Part shown: positions 13,323 through 25,782 of the stretch, piece after piece
How the letters are laid out: the number at the start of each line of letters is the position of its first letter
Numbering within the stretch: the stretch's first letter is position 1
Source: Octopus vulgaris
Lineage: Eukaryota
Length of the DNA stretch: 64,000 nt
Assembly: GCA_951406725.2 (NCBI GenBank)
Contig: OX597817.1
Coordinates: forward strand, 11,408,001 to 11,472,000
Direction: 5' to 3'
Program-made: the position numbers and the translations under genes
The notes under the pieces: model-generated
Told to the model about the DNA's origin: nothing
The model's input: only the letters and a program-made list of their open reading frames with translations
Database searches by the model: none

Positions 13323-13604
13323 ATGCTGTATAAAATTATAAAATATGAGGAAATAAATTTTGAGGATGAACAAGTCTCCCTGTTCTATATCATTATTATT
13401 ATTACTAATACATACTGCAGATGATATTACTGCTCAGTGAAGCGAACACAGAATTACCCATCCGAGGTATTTGCAGAGTGACTGACATGTAATAATAGTC
13501 ATAAAAGTTAAATGCTGATCAGTGCGGTTAGCCGTAACCTGGAACATAACTGAGAACCAATACGGTATCCGTCCGGATGATGTAACCCTCCAAACTCGCA
13601 TTTA

Positions 13605-13672
<68 letters not shown>

Positions 13673-13673
<1 letters not shown>

Positions 13674-14607
13674 GGCCGACCTGCCCGAGATGCGGTCAAA
13701 GCGACGAAACCGTTCTGCACGCACTCGTGCAGTGTCCAACAATTTCCGACATGTGGGCTTATGTCGAACAACTGCTGTCACGTGTGGGACGAGTCGGTTT
13801 ATCAGCTGAGTCTATCGTCAATATTGTCACGCCTCCTTCCTTCAAACGGGAAGGAAGAGCTATTTTCATAATCCTTGTGGCTATGGCGAAAGAATGTATC
13901 TGGTGGACGCGTCTGAAAGGATTGGAGACAAACACTTTCCTCTCTGGTCAATCTCTCATCAACTTCTTCAAGTACCACTTGAAAAGGAAAGTGAGAGTAG
14001 AGAGGCAAGTTTTGTCTAGCGAATGTTTTAAAAAAGATGGGTGAATGTAGCAAGGATGGCACGTATGAATGACGAAGCCACCTTGACTATGATTCTATGA
14101 ACCCAGAAATTGAAAACAGAGAGTTACCCACTTGCAAACAAATGTGGTAAGAATATAACAATATTGACCGAGGTTACCGTGGTCTTTTTCGTAGGCTTTT
14201 CTTCCCACGGATAAACCTTACTTGCTTTCCCCTTTACACCATATATCATAACACTGTGATACACGATCCCTATTGATCGTTCTTTTCCTTTTACGATTTT
14301 TTTTTCCTTTTTTTTTTTCTTCAAAAAGCTCCCTTTTTTTCCCCTAATTTTTCTTCTTTTTTCATTTCTCTATCCATCCATTTTTTTTTGTTCCTTTTCC
14401 CTTCCTTTTTTTCTTTTATTCTTTTTTATTCTTTATTCCTATTTATTTTTTTTCATTTTTTATTATTTTTTTTGTTCTTTCCTTCCCTTTTACGATCCCT
14501 CTTGATCGAAAACCTACGCCACCCCCTTTTTTCATCCCCCAAAAGAAAAGCTCTACCTTGTAACTTGTCCCATCTGTGTGCAGCCCTGTGTGGCCAATAA
14601 AGAAACT
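13673..14607 (+). mobile_element. Tx1/L1-clade LINE 3' end (CCHC zinc knuckle plus T-rich 3' UTR) within (TCTA)n
   Basis: 13682 onward reads CPRCGQSDETVLHALVQCP...W...AKECIWWTR (zf-RVT-like, L1/Tx1 C-terminus); ends GGCCAATAAAGAAACT; (TCTA)n on both sides. Confidence 0.8.
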
Positions 14608-14659
14608 TATCTATCTATCTATCTATCTATCTATCCATCCATCCATCCATCCATCCATC

Positions 14660-14716
<57 letters not shown>

Positions 14717-14735
14717 CCTATCTATCTATCTATCT

Positions 14736-15085
14736 AACTTGCTTCCCAGCCACAAATTCCGGGTTCAGCCTCACTTCCACTCCATATCACCTCTGAAAAG
14801 TGTCTTGTACTCATAGCCTTGGGCAGACTAAAGTCTTGTGAGTGAATTTGGTAGACGGGAATTAAGAGAAAGCCATTGAATATATATATAATGCTGTGTG
14901 TGTGTGCGCACGCGCGTACGTGCAACTTTGGGTCTGACTTTGTTCCCATCACCGCTTAACAGCGGTTTTAATACGTACCAAATTTTAAAGGAGAAGCACT
15001 AGAGGCTGGGTGGTTACTCGATTCCACCGAAGTGATGCCCTAGCATGGCCACAGCCAAATGACTGAAGCAAGTGTAAGATAAGCG
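14736..15085 (+). mobile_element. SINE family A, old diverged copy
   Basis: Degenerate CCGGGTTCAG, GTGAATTTGGTAGACGG and tail AGCATGGCCACAGCCAAATGACTGAAGCAAG. Confidence 0.7.
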
Positions 15086-15090
15086 ATAAT

Positions 15091-15310
15091 ATACTCTTTT
15101 ACCCTTTTACTTGTTTCAGTCATTTGACTGTGGCCATGTTGGAGCACCGCCTTTAGTCGAGCAAATCGACCCCAGGACTTATTCTTTGTAAGCCCAGTAC
15201 TTATTCTATCGATCTCTTTTGCCGAACCGCTAAGTTACGGGGACATAAACACACCAGCATCGATTGTCAAACGATGTTGGGGGACAAATACAGACGCACA
15301 CACACACATA

Positions 15311-15349
<39 letters not shown>

Positions 15350-15512
15350 GACGGGCTTCTTTCAGTTTCCGTCTACCAAATCCACTCACGAGGCTTTGGT
15401 CGGCCCGAGGCTATAGTAGAAGACACTTGCCCAAGGTGCCACACAGTGGGACTGAACTCAGATCCATGTGGTTGGTAAGCAAGCTACTTACCACACAGCC
15501 ATTCTTACGCCT
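15091..15512 (-). mobile_element. SINE family A, full length
   Basis: Family A sequence, tail-to-tail with the preceding copy. Confidence 0.92.
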
Positions 15513-15968
15513 ATATATATATATATATATATGCCACACACACACACTCGCACACGCACACATAACACTTCCATTTATATATACACAAGCATGCACCGAG
15601 TAGATGGGTGAGATCGAAATAGAGTAACACACGGATAATCTTTTTTTTTTTCATTTTGTAGATACTTTTATCAAAGCTGAACGCCAGTGCTCATGAAACT
15701 TTGTAAAATCTCCGAGACTGGTTGGAAGGCATCCTTTAATCGGAGACCTGGTGCGACTACCTACAAAAGAATGCACACTTTTAAATCTCGAACCAATGTT
15801 TATAGTCCTGAAAAATGGTATATAGCAATCATAGTCATAGCGGCAATGCATCTAAACTGGTTTGAAGCACCCACTCAATATACATGCAGGCTTTTACACA
15901 TACACGAAGATACATTGATTTTATCCGTTTCTGAAGCGTATTAGCGAAGTAAGTAATATGAGACAAGT

Positions 15969-16353
15969 GGAGGCGCAATGGCCCAGTGGTTAGGGCAGCG
16001 GACTAGCGGTCATAGGATCGCGGTTTCGATTCCCAGACCGGGCGTTGTGAGTGTTTATTGAGCGAAAACACCTAAAAGCTCCACGAGGCTCCGGCAGAGG
16101 ATGGTGGTGATCCCTGCTGTACTCTTTCACCACAATTTTCTCTCACTCTTACTTCCTGTTTCTGTTGTACCTGTATTTCAAGGGGCAGGCCTTGTAACTC
16201 TCTGTGTCACGCTGAATATCCCCGAGAACTACGTTAAGGGTGCACGTGTCTGTGGAGTGCTCAGCCACTTACACGTTAATTTCACGAGCAGGTTCCGTTG
16301 ATTCGGATCAACCGGAACCCTCATCGTAGTAACCGACGGAATGCTTCCAATCC
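15969..16353 (+). mobile_element. tRNA-derived SINE family C with 11-bp TSD
   Basis: A box TGGCCCAGTGG, B box GGTTTCGATTCC; AATATGAGACA at 15955-15965 and 16354-16364. Confidence 0.85.
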
Positions 16354-16899
16354 AATATGAGACAGCTTAAAGCTGGAATCGATATCGTAACGCTGCTGTG
16401 GTTCACTCCGAGTCTCCACACTCATTTGTTCACATTTTAATAATAGTTCGGGTGGTGTATGCCGTTGGTTGCTGGCGAATGAAAACTACAAAAAGACTTC
16501 GATCTCCGTTTACCGTAAATTCATTTCACTTATTCACTAATTCCCATTGGCCCAAGCACAGGCAAGCACTGGAATATTACAGCAAGAATTGAGGGAGAAA
16601 ACGCAACGTCTTATCCGGTGATAGGTTTCTTTATGTATATGTGGGGCTACGGAAATGGAAGATTAGTACAGAACTCTTGGGATCCATGTGACTTCAAATG
16701 AGTACCTTGGGAACCTTATGTATAAACGTCAAAAAAACAAGGTGATGAAGTGAAAGAAATGAGAGGTGGCAAACTAAATGTGTACTGAAATGCCAATGGC
16801 GTCTGAGTTCACATCCTGCTAAAGTTGACGTTGACTTTCACCCTAAGGTCAAAAGAATAAGGACCATTCTTTTAATGCGTTGTGTATATGCGTAATGTT

Positions 16900-16957
16900 T
16901 ATACATTTATGCATAAATACATATATACATATTCAAATATGTGTGCATATATATATA

Positions 16958-16990
<33 letters not shown>

Positions 16991-17107
16991 GTGCACCCAT
17001 TTATATATATATGTATATATGTATGTATGCCTGTATGCACACACACACATATATATATATATACATACATGCATGCACACACACACACACACACGCACAC
17101 ACACACA

Positions 17108-17164
<57 letters not shown>

Positions 17165-17190
17165 ACACAAACACACACACAACACACAGA
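16900..17190. repeat. (GT)n/(TA)n/(CA)n microsatellites
   Basis: Seen directly. Confidence 0.95.
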
Positions 17191-19146
17191 TGCCTTTCTA
17201 GGCGGTTGACCATTGACTCTGGTTTGACTGCTAAGAATACTAATTTTGCTTTGCGTTACTAATGATTCTGGCGCATGTATAAACGCAACAAAAGTATTTT
17301 AATAGGCAATTTTGCTATCCAGAATGAGAGAGCCGTTATAACTTCTGTAATTGCCATTTCAGTTCATTAATCTCATTAATGTTTTAAATAAAGGCATGTA
17401 TGTTACACAATATAATTTCCTCACACACGCCTTTTAATACGCTCCAAATCTCCAGGGCTCATTGAAAAAGTGTTTATCAGCGTTTATTAGTTATTTTCTT
17501 GTATAATCACATACAGCTTGCTCTGCGGGATGAGTTGAACCAGCACTTCAAACCAGTAAATTATTCATCAATTACTCAGAGTTACTAATGTTACATCAAA
17601 GAATCATACCACTCGCGCCAACTAATTGCCGGTTCGTAGATTGTACTGTTGAGAGCTAAATGTTTTAACCATGGACGCAATTGAACGCTTTTAACTGGAT
17701 GAGAATTGTCAACCCAATGCTAATTGTCCACTTTTCCATCGCCTCGAATGTCAAACCTCCCGCCGTTGCTTTTCTTCATTGTAAAACTTCAGTAACTTTC
17801 ATTTTAGTGTGAACTAAAAACTTATACAGTAAGAATAAATCCCAGAAGAGCTGAGTCTGGCATCATACACTTTTGGTTTTTTAAACTGCAGACATTCCTT
17901 TTCAGCGAATATATGCCTTTAAAAAATCTACTAACGTTGAAATAGGTTCCTATTTCTACTATTTGTAAAGCTCGCATTTCATAAGTATAATTTTTCGTAA
18001 ATATATTAGTACATAATCCTTTAGGGTATATGTCTAGAGAGAATATATATTATTTATTAAGCGCACACTGTTGATATTTACTTTCTGTTTTCAAGTATCC
18101 TCATCACTGACCAACTAAAGGCTTTGATACTTGTCAGTGCACCAAGAAATAAAACAATGAATAAAACAGTGCCCATATTTGGAACTTAATGTGTTCAATA
18201 AGTCGCAATATATTTGAAGCAGTAGAATGAAGGAGTGAATGATGCTTTAGCAGGATTGGCCAGTCATTTTGAAAGCAGAGCATAATTCAACCAACGTATT
18301 TCATGGAGCTGTGCAGGTTACGTTGCTGAAATGCAGTTCACCTTTCCCACCGCAGTTCACTTTCCCGAACCTATGTGTTCTTGATCAACAACAATATGCC
18401 AAAACTTTCAACGATTTACAATGCTTACAAACACCGTGAGCTGAAAGTTCCCACCAAGCACTGAGTCATTAAGAAGTTTACTTCGCAACTACGTTTTGTA
18501 GCGGTTAAAAGACTTTAGCAGCATCATGACGTCCTGTCGACTGTCTTTTGTTTATAAATGTCTTACGCATTTTCATTAGTCGATTTGACTGTCCATACGT
18601 CGATTCAAATATTCGTGAAAAATTTTTTCCATGAAGAAAGGTTCTTAGAATCGGTTTTACGGCAGTTATAAAAGCTCTGATTTTGGGAAAATTATTCAGT
18701 GACACTAGGTTTGCCACACAGGATCTTGTCACTCATTCTGGCAATGCTATTTTGCAGTATTCATCCTTCATGACCTTATGTTATGCTTTCTGAATCTTTT
18801 TAGAGTAGTTTTGAGGAACTAGTTAAGAAAAGTTTCCTTGTCGTCATTCTAACAGCAGACTTACCACAATTTTTCCTATTACTATTATGTTGTGATAAAT
18901 TCGTTTTATATATTTTGACTTTCTGTAAATAATTGATTAATGTTAAATTCAGTCCTCCTTCTCTTGATATTTATCTGTACGAACATTCATAAGGAAATTG
19001 AATTAGCTAAAGATTTATTAGCATTCAAATTATGAAGTTATACTCAAGCCTTTGTCAACGAGAGTATACTGTCAACCCAGTATGAAGAAACGAAATGACA
19101 TTATTCTTAAGATAAACATGACTTCTTAATTTCACTTCCACAGATA

Positions 19147-19562
19147 GGCGCAGGAGTGGCTGTGTGGTAAGTAGCTTGCTAACCAACCACATGGTTCCGG
19201 GTTAAGTCCCACTGCGTGGCATCTTGGGCAAGTGTCTTCTGCTATAGCCCCGGGCCGACCAATGCCTTGTGAGTGGATTTGGTAGACGGAAACTGAAAGA
19301 AGCCTGTTGTATATATGTATATATATATATATGTGTGCGTGTGTGTGTTTGTGTGTCTGTGTTTGTCCCCCTAGCATTGCTTGACAACCGATGCTGGTGT
19401 GTTTACGTCCCCGTAACTTAGCGGTTCAGCAAAAGAAGCCAATAGAATAAGTACTGGGCTTACAAAGAATAAGTCCCGGGGCTGATTTGCTCGACTAAAG
19501 GCGGTGCTCCAGCATAGCCGCAGTCAAATGACTGAAACAAGTAAAAAGAGTAAAAAAGAGTA
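19147..19562 (+). mobile_element. SINE family A, full length
   Basis: Head to AAAAAGAGTA tail. Confidence 0.93.
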
Positions 19563-19764
19563 TATCTTCATCTTGTTACAAAAAAACACACTTTCTTATC
19601 CCGTTTGAACTGTCTTAAAACGGTGATGCTGGCGAAATGTCGGTATCTTCATCATGCATGCTGAATACCTTAACGAGTGTATATTACTTCTGGCGTTCTG
19701 TCTACGCCTTGCAACAAAATAATTGATAACCCAACATATATAAGCCGACATCAACCGTTATAAC

Positions 19765-19782
19765 TGGTGACCTCAGAACGTG
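19765..19782 (+). other. Putative LTR-retrotransposon primer-binding site (tRNA-Trp-like)
   Basis: TGGTGACCTCAGAACGTG resembles TGGTGACCCCGACGTG, the complement of the tRNA-Trp 3' end; lies upstream of Gypsy pol. Confidence 0.45.
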
Positions 19783-20066
19783 AAAAGTAATACATCAAGT
19801 TTAATATTAAAAATTAAAGACAGTTTTATTGAGCAGGAAAATAATGTTATCAGAAATACTTAATAATATCAAGGTTGATGCAAGAAAGGAACGTTGAAGA
19901 GAAAAACTGTAATAGTAGTAAAGGGTCCCAGGCAAAATTCGATATACTGGTATCATTCAAAATTCGGTGCCAAGGTGCATCGTTCGTTGTATTAGACCAT
20001 GTTCCTTCAATTTTTTTTTTTTTTAAATAAGAAAAGGCTGGAAAACACTTCAATCACAAATTAGAC

Positions 20067-21092
20067 GTGAGGAAATCTGTGGCTCATCTTTCGAAAAGTG
20101 GCGTATTCTTCATATTTGGTTCCAACTCGAAGCAAAGTTTCTTGGTTGATACAGAGGCGGCTTGTTCTATTTGGTCTAGTAAATTTTTGACAAAAAAACC
20201 AAAACCTGCTCAATTAACACTACAGACAGTTAACCAGTCTGACATCAAAACATTTGGAAAAATTAGCTTGACTCACAACTTACATTTAAGAAGAGAATAA
20301 TATAAATGGATTTTCATAGTAGCAGATTTACCTTATTCTATATTAGGAACAGGTTTTCTTTCACATTACAACTTATTGGTCGACGTTAAAAAGCAAAAAA
20401 AATTCATAGACTCAATTACCTCGTTGAACGTTAAAGTATGAAATGCAAGAGCGCGACCATTAGTCCGTTGTATTTTATGGTATCTTCTGAAAATCGTTAC
20501 CACAGGATTTTGAAAAACTATTAAGAAATTAGGAAACCTATTTCTTTATTACCCACAAGGGGCTAAACACAGAGGGGACAAACAAGAACAGGCATAGGTA
20601 TTAAGTCGATTACATCGACCCCAGTGCGTAACTGGTACTTAATTTATCGACCCCGAAAGGATGAAAGGCAAAGTCGACCTCGTCAGAATTTGAACTCACA
20701 ACGTAACGGCAGACGAAATACCGTCAAGCATTTAGCCCGGCATGCTAACGTTTCTGCCAGCTCGCCGCCTTTAGCTCCAAACACCAAATCTGTTCATTCA
20801 GTCACTCACTATATTATAACTCATAGATAATCCAGTTTCTCTACACCGCGTAGGCTATCTATCGAAAAATTAAAGACTGCTAAGACCGAATTTCGTCACA
20901 AGTTGAACCTCGGAAGAATTCATCCTTCTAATAATAATTGGCCTTCACCTTTAGTTTTGGTTTAAAAAAATAAGACTGATTGACGTTTTTGTGGTGATAT
21001 TCGCCAGCTTAATGCCAAAACACAGCCTAATAAATATCCATTTCCTCTTATCTATGACTTTTCAGCATCAATAAATGGTTGTAATATTTTTT
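20067..21092 (+). pseudogene. Decayed Gypsy pol (aspartic protease and RT N-terminus), split by a SINE
   Basis: FLVDTEA...IKTFG...LHLRRE*YKWIFIVADLPYSILGTGFLSHYNLLVD; after 20772 VTHYIIT..PRRLSIEKLKTAKTEF..WPSPLVLV..RFCGDIRQLNAKTQPNKYPFP; stops present. Confidence 0.88.
20539..20771 (-). mobile_element. SINE family B, full length
   Basis: Reverse complement of 36573-36804. Confidence 0.9.
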
Positions 21093-22008
21093 CAAAGGAA
21101 CATGGTCTCATACAATGATGCGCCTTGGCACCAAATTTTGAATGATACTAGCATATCGAATTTCGCCTGGGACTTTAAAAAAATATCTACCGTTTCTTCG
21201 GGTTCGATTTCATTGTACTACACCTTGTGTAAGTATTTTTTTTATCATAGCCTCAGGGCATCCAAAGCCCTGGGAGTGAAATTTGATGGAGAGAATTTGT
21301 GTCGAAGAACGTTGGAACGACGTCCTTATTTTTGAGTAGCAGATTTAATACATAGCCGGGTTTAACCCCCACAGCATGGCCCATGGGTACATTTAGTGGA
21401 AGCAATTCTCATGCAAGTATTCGTGAAGATAAACTGCTCCCTCCTCTCTCTAGCCACATAGCTCTGAAAAAAACGTCAGGAGTACGACTCGTCATCTGAC
21501 ATCATTAAAAAGCTGTTGACCCACTTAATTCTGTCATGTGTGACAGTCAGTAGCTTGGAGACAGCTAGGGTCCGCCAGAACGACTTTCTCTCAGTTAATT
21601 ATACAGAAAAACGTTTTCGATGTTGGTCAATAAAAATGAATTATTGCCCATCCCTATCACAGTTGAAACTTGGAACATATCAAAAGAAATCTTGTTTTAT
21701 TGTTTCAATATAAAATACGTCCCAGTAATTAATGTAAAACAAAGGACAAATATTTTGATTTATTCTGATTTATATAAAGAAAAAACAAAGATTCAACGAT
21801 TATGCATGCAATTGAGGAAAAGGCTAAAAGTTCATGAGTTCATTTCTATTGCGATAAACTATTCTAGTTGTGAATATTCATCTGAATAGACTAGATAATC
21901 ACACACGCGCGTGCGCGAGCACACAAAAGAACCCACATACACTGTGACTCCTAGATTGTCCAGGCTATTGCATTCCCCGTGGGATTTACGAAAGAAATGG
22001 ATTGGAGA

Positions 22009-22421
22009 TACTCTTTACTCTTTTACTTGTTTCAGTCATTTGACTGCAGCCATGCTGGAGCACCGCCTTTAGTCGAGCAAATCGACCCCGGGACTTATTC
22101 TTTTGTAAGCCCAGTACTTATTCTATCGGTCTCTTTTGCCGAACCGCTAAGTGACGGGGACTTAAACACACCTGCATCGGTTGTCGAGCAATGCTAGGGA
22201 GACAAACACAGGCACACAAACACATACACACACATACATATATATATATACATATATACGATGGACTTCTTTCAGTTTCCGTCTACCAAATCCACTCACA
22301 AGGCATTGGTCGGCCCGGGGCTATAGCAGAAGACACTTGCCCAAAATACCACGCAGTGGGACTGAACCCAGAACCATGTGGTTGGTTAGCAAGCTACTTA
22401 CCACACAGCCACTCCTGCGCC
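22009..22421 (-). mobile_element. SINE family A, full length
   Basis: Family A sequence. Confidence 0.93.
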
Positions 22422-23052
22422 CATAGTATAGAATTGTTTTAAATTGCTTTCTGAATTGGTATTGTTCGAATTTCCATTTACTGTATTACTGTTTCGTTCG
22501 GTTTATTTGATGATCTAGGACGACGAAGGACAATCATCCTGAAACACGAGTCCCTAAATGCAGCCCGGGCGGCTGGGGGTATTTGTCTCCCCTTCGTAAA
22601 TGTATATAAGGACACAGGAAAAATGTGTCAAAGCCATCAGGAGGCGTCGATGCTTCCTAGGGCTAAACAGCGGTGGTATACCCCCTACTGTCACGTTCGT
22701 GTTAGATTGACACTATACAACCATTCTATCGCCCCACCACCGTACATGTCTCTACGAGAGATTTAGAAATTTAGTATTTCTGATAATAACATTAGAGGTT
22801 AATCAACAGCTCTGTCAATTTACATTATTAATTTACATCATTCTTCAAATATGGTTACGTGTTTGGAAGAAAAAGAAAACGCCCGTGATTTCTTCTAAAC
22901 TTTAACATATTCTCTGATAACAAAAAGCTATATCATATTTACTTGTAATTTATGGAACTTAATCAATTGAATTTGAGTACTTTTGCCTGGTTATATCCTG
23001 AGTAAAACCGCGTGGTCTACAAGCTAGTATCCAAATGTAACAACATTTAATC

Positions 23053-23420
23053 TGTACATTATTTATATTTGACAGATATTTGTCCTCATCTTGTTGGTTG
23101 TTATCACGTTTTGGCTGATATACCCTCCAGCTTTCATCAGGTGTCTTGGGGAAATTTCGAACCTGAGTTCTCATTTCTAAGTCATTTTTCGATGTTCTTC
23201 TTCTTCTTCTTCTTATTATTATTATCATTATTATTATTATTATTATTATTATCATTATTCAGGTCACTGCCTGGAACTGAACTCGGAATCTTGGGGTTAG
23301 TAGCCCGCGCTCTTAACCACTACGCCATATGACGAAACGTTAACAACAAACAAGATGAGGACAAATATCCGTCAAATGTAAATAATGTACATAATTCGTC
23401 ATCTTTTAAATATAGAACTG
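23053..23420 (-). mobile_element. Composite element: tRNA-like head, (AAT)n, HHR-like motif and inverted terminal duplication
   Basis: Minus-strand head TGGCGTAGTGG...GAGTTCAGTTCC (23331-23258); GACAC-CTGATGA-AAGCTG..CAGCC-AAAAC-GTG (23145-23101); 23053-23104 inverted at 23341-23391. Confidence 0.65.
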
Positions 23421-23966
23421 AAACATATTTAAGGTTTTCTACTATATCTTCTACTTTACGTGATGAAAGATCTGTGTGAGGTAGATTGGTAATCACTGGT
23501 TACGTTCTGCTTAACAAAATTCCATATTGTGTAATGTAAGTAAAAACCTGGCTTACAGACATCTAGAAGTGGCTCTAATTAAATATTAAGCTTATCGAGT
23601 TAGGAACTCATGGAGTGTCTGCTAATTAACAAGGCAACGTTACGTGTTGTATTAAAAAGTATTCATAAATGAAAAGTAAGTTTATTGGTAACTGAAAAGA
23701 ATATTCTTTAACAATCATGACGGAAGTTGTTGGTCTATGTTATTTTTCTCTTTCTTTTTAGTTTACAAATAGCGACTTTTGCGATTTACTCTTCTGCAAT
23801 GGGCAATATCTGTGCAGCATATTTTGGCTATGGGCTCCGGATTGATTATATAAGAATCACTGAAAACCAACTATTTTTGTTTCTTGTGTAATTTTCCTCT
23901 GCTTTTTTGAATTGCACTGTTTGACACTGACAGGGAAAATTGTGCTCTTATGTGCCTTGGCAACTT

Positions 23967-25416
23967 TTTTACAGAAATCTTTGTTGCATGGGAACAAAAT
24001 TGAAAATTTTCATGATTTCTTTTATCATTGAAGCTAAGATAAATATATTTTGCTTTTAGAATAAAAAAAGTTATTTTGATCTAAACTTGATTGATGACAT
24101 TACTTACTCTCCTTTATATATTCTCTCTCTTGCATGTAGCTTTTTTTAGTTTTCCTCCTGCTTAATATATCCTTTAGTTGGGGTATTTCATTTTCTAGTG
24201 TCTTCGTTTTCCAGTGGAGTGATTGGTAGAAAATCTATGGTGTTTTATTGCTTTTTTAAATTAAATCTTTTGGTTTAGAGTGTGAAGTTATATTATTCAT
24301 TCGAATTTTTATTTCTCTTGGGCTGTTGTTTAATTGAACTGAAATGAGCTTTGTACAAGCATAGAGGATAATTTGTACAAGTTATAACCCGAAGTCTACA
24401 ATTTTCCTTTGTTGGTTTCCTTGAAATATTCATTTTAAGGGAAAATATTGAAGTTGAAATCGTTTGAATTTTACGTAACATTGAATGATTCTAACAGGAG
24501 GTTACAATGATTGACCTTAGTGATCTCGAAGTAAATTCGTTTTTCATGTATGCTGTATGGATTTGATTGTGATTATGAATTTTGAAATATACTGAATCTG
24601 ATAATCTCTGTATGATAGGATGTCGTACTGTCTGTGAGACATAATAAGTGTCTATCATTTCGAAGATAAGCTAGCAAGAGAGGAAAGGATTAACTTCTAT
24701 TTCATAGCGTAGCATTTATTTATCACTTGAGAAAATGGAAGGTAAGGTTGCACAAAATTTAGGTTTAATACATCGCTAATATCAATAAAAGCCCATATTA
24801 TTACAAGACAATCTTTAAAAGGATGAAAGAATGCAGTAAAACTTACATTATGATTATTTGTATCTTTAGTACGGATCTGCAGTTCAGGTTAAAAAAAGTA
24901 TTTGGTATGTCCTATATATGTGAATAATGGACAAAACTGGTCAATCTATCTTATTGTTGAATACATCGACAGTTTGTTCTTGATACTACGGCTAAATTTC
25001 CAGGTTTTCAGATATATTTGAAAGCTTTATTTTCGTTTCTTTTTAAGTTTTCTTGATGCAGGAAGGAATTATCATTCAACTACAACTACAATATTCTTAA
25101 AGCCACAATTTACTCACACGCATCATCTTTCAGAGTATGTAGTTAATTCACTTCTTAACCAAATTGAAAACTACTAACAGTTTTGAAGCAGGCTGGCTTC
25201 AAGCTACATTTTGACATAAATTGAGATTTGATCCAGTAGAAAAATGTTTACATCAAAATTTGTAGCAACGTTTCAGGAGAATAAGTAATCAAGTTTAGAT
25301 CTAAATAACTTTTTTTTATTCTAAAAGCAAAATATATTTATCTTAGCTTCAATGATAAAAGAAATCATGAAAATTTTCATAGTTTTGTTCCCATGCAACA
25401 AGGATTTGTATAAAAA
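23967..25416. mobile_element. Foldback/TIR element, ~128-bp inverted repeats
   Basis: 23967-24093 is the reverse complement of 25287-25416 (TGTTGCATGGGAACAAAA...GATCTAAACTTGATT). Confidence 0.7.
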
Positions 25417-25782
25417 ATGTTGTGAGGTAAAATATTATGAGAAGAATTATAAATAAGGCAAAAAGTTGGATCTAAGTATAATTAACTTTTTTATTTTAAT
25501 TAAGCTTAAGTGATAGAGCTCAATTCGAGGAATTTCATGGTATCAATCTCATGCAATAAAGTTTTAAAAGAAAAATGTTATGAGTGTTTCTTTCTCAAAT
25601 GTTTTGGGTGTTACAGTATAGTTCTTTACTTTTTTTATGAATACAGTTCTATAAGGAGACTTTTAATATATATTACCAGCGTCATTGAGGTAAGAAAAAA
25701 ATTATCAACGACACCGCTAATTGACATATTTGATACATTATTAATTAGCGTAATAGCAGAGCCTGGAAAAAGCATGGATTGA

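Noticed and set aside
15662-15817. Strong polypyrimidine/AG acceptor followed by DTFIKAERQCS*NFV...; selenocysteine considered
   Set aside because: All three frames stop within 45 nt; no selenoprotein motif or SECIS recognised.
17600-18900. Unique mid-GC segment with ORF 18505-18732
   Set aside because: No recognisable motif and frequent stops in the frames examined; cannot be assigned without a search.
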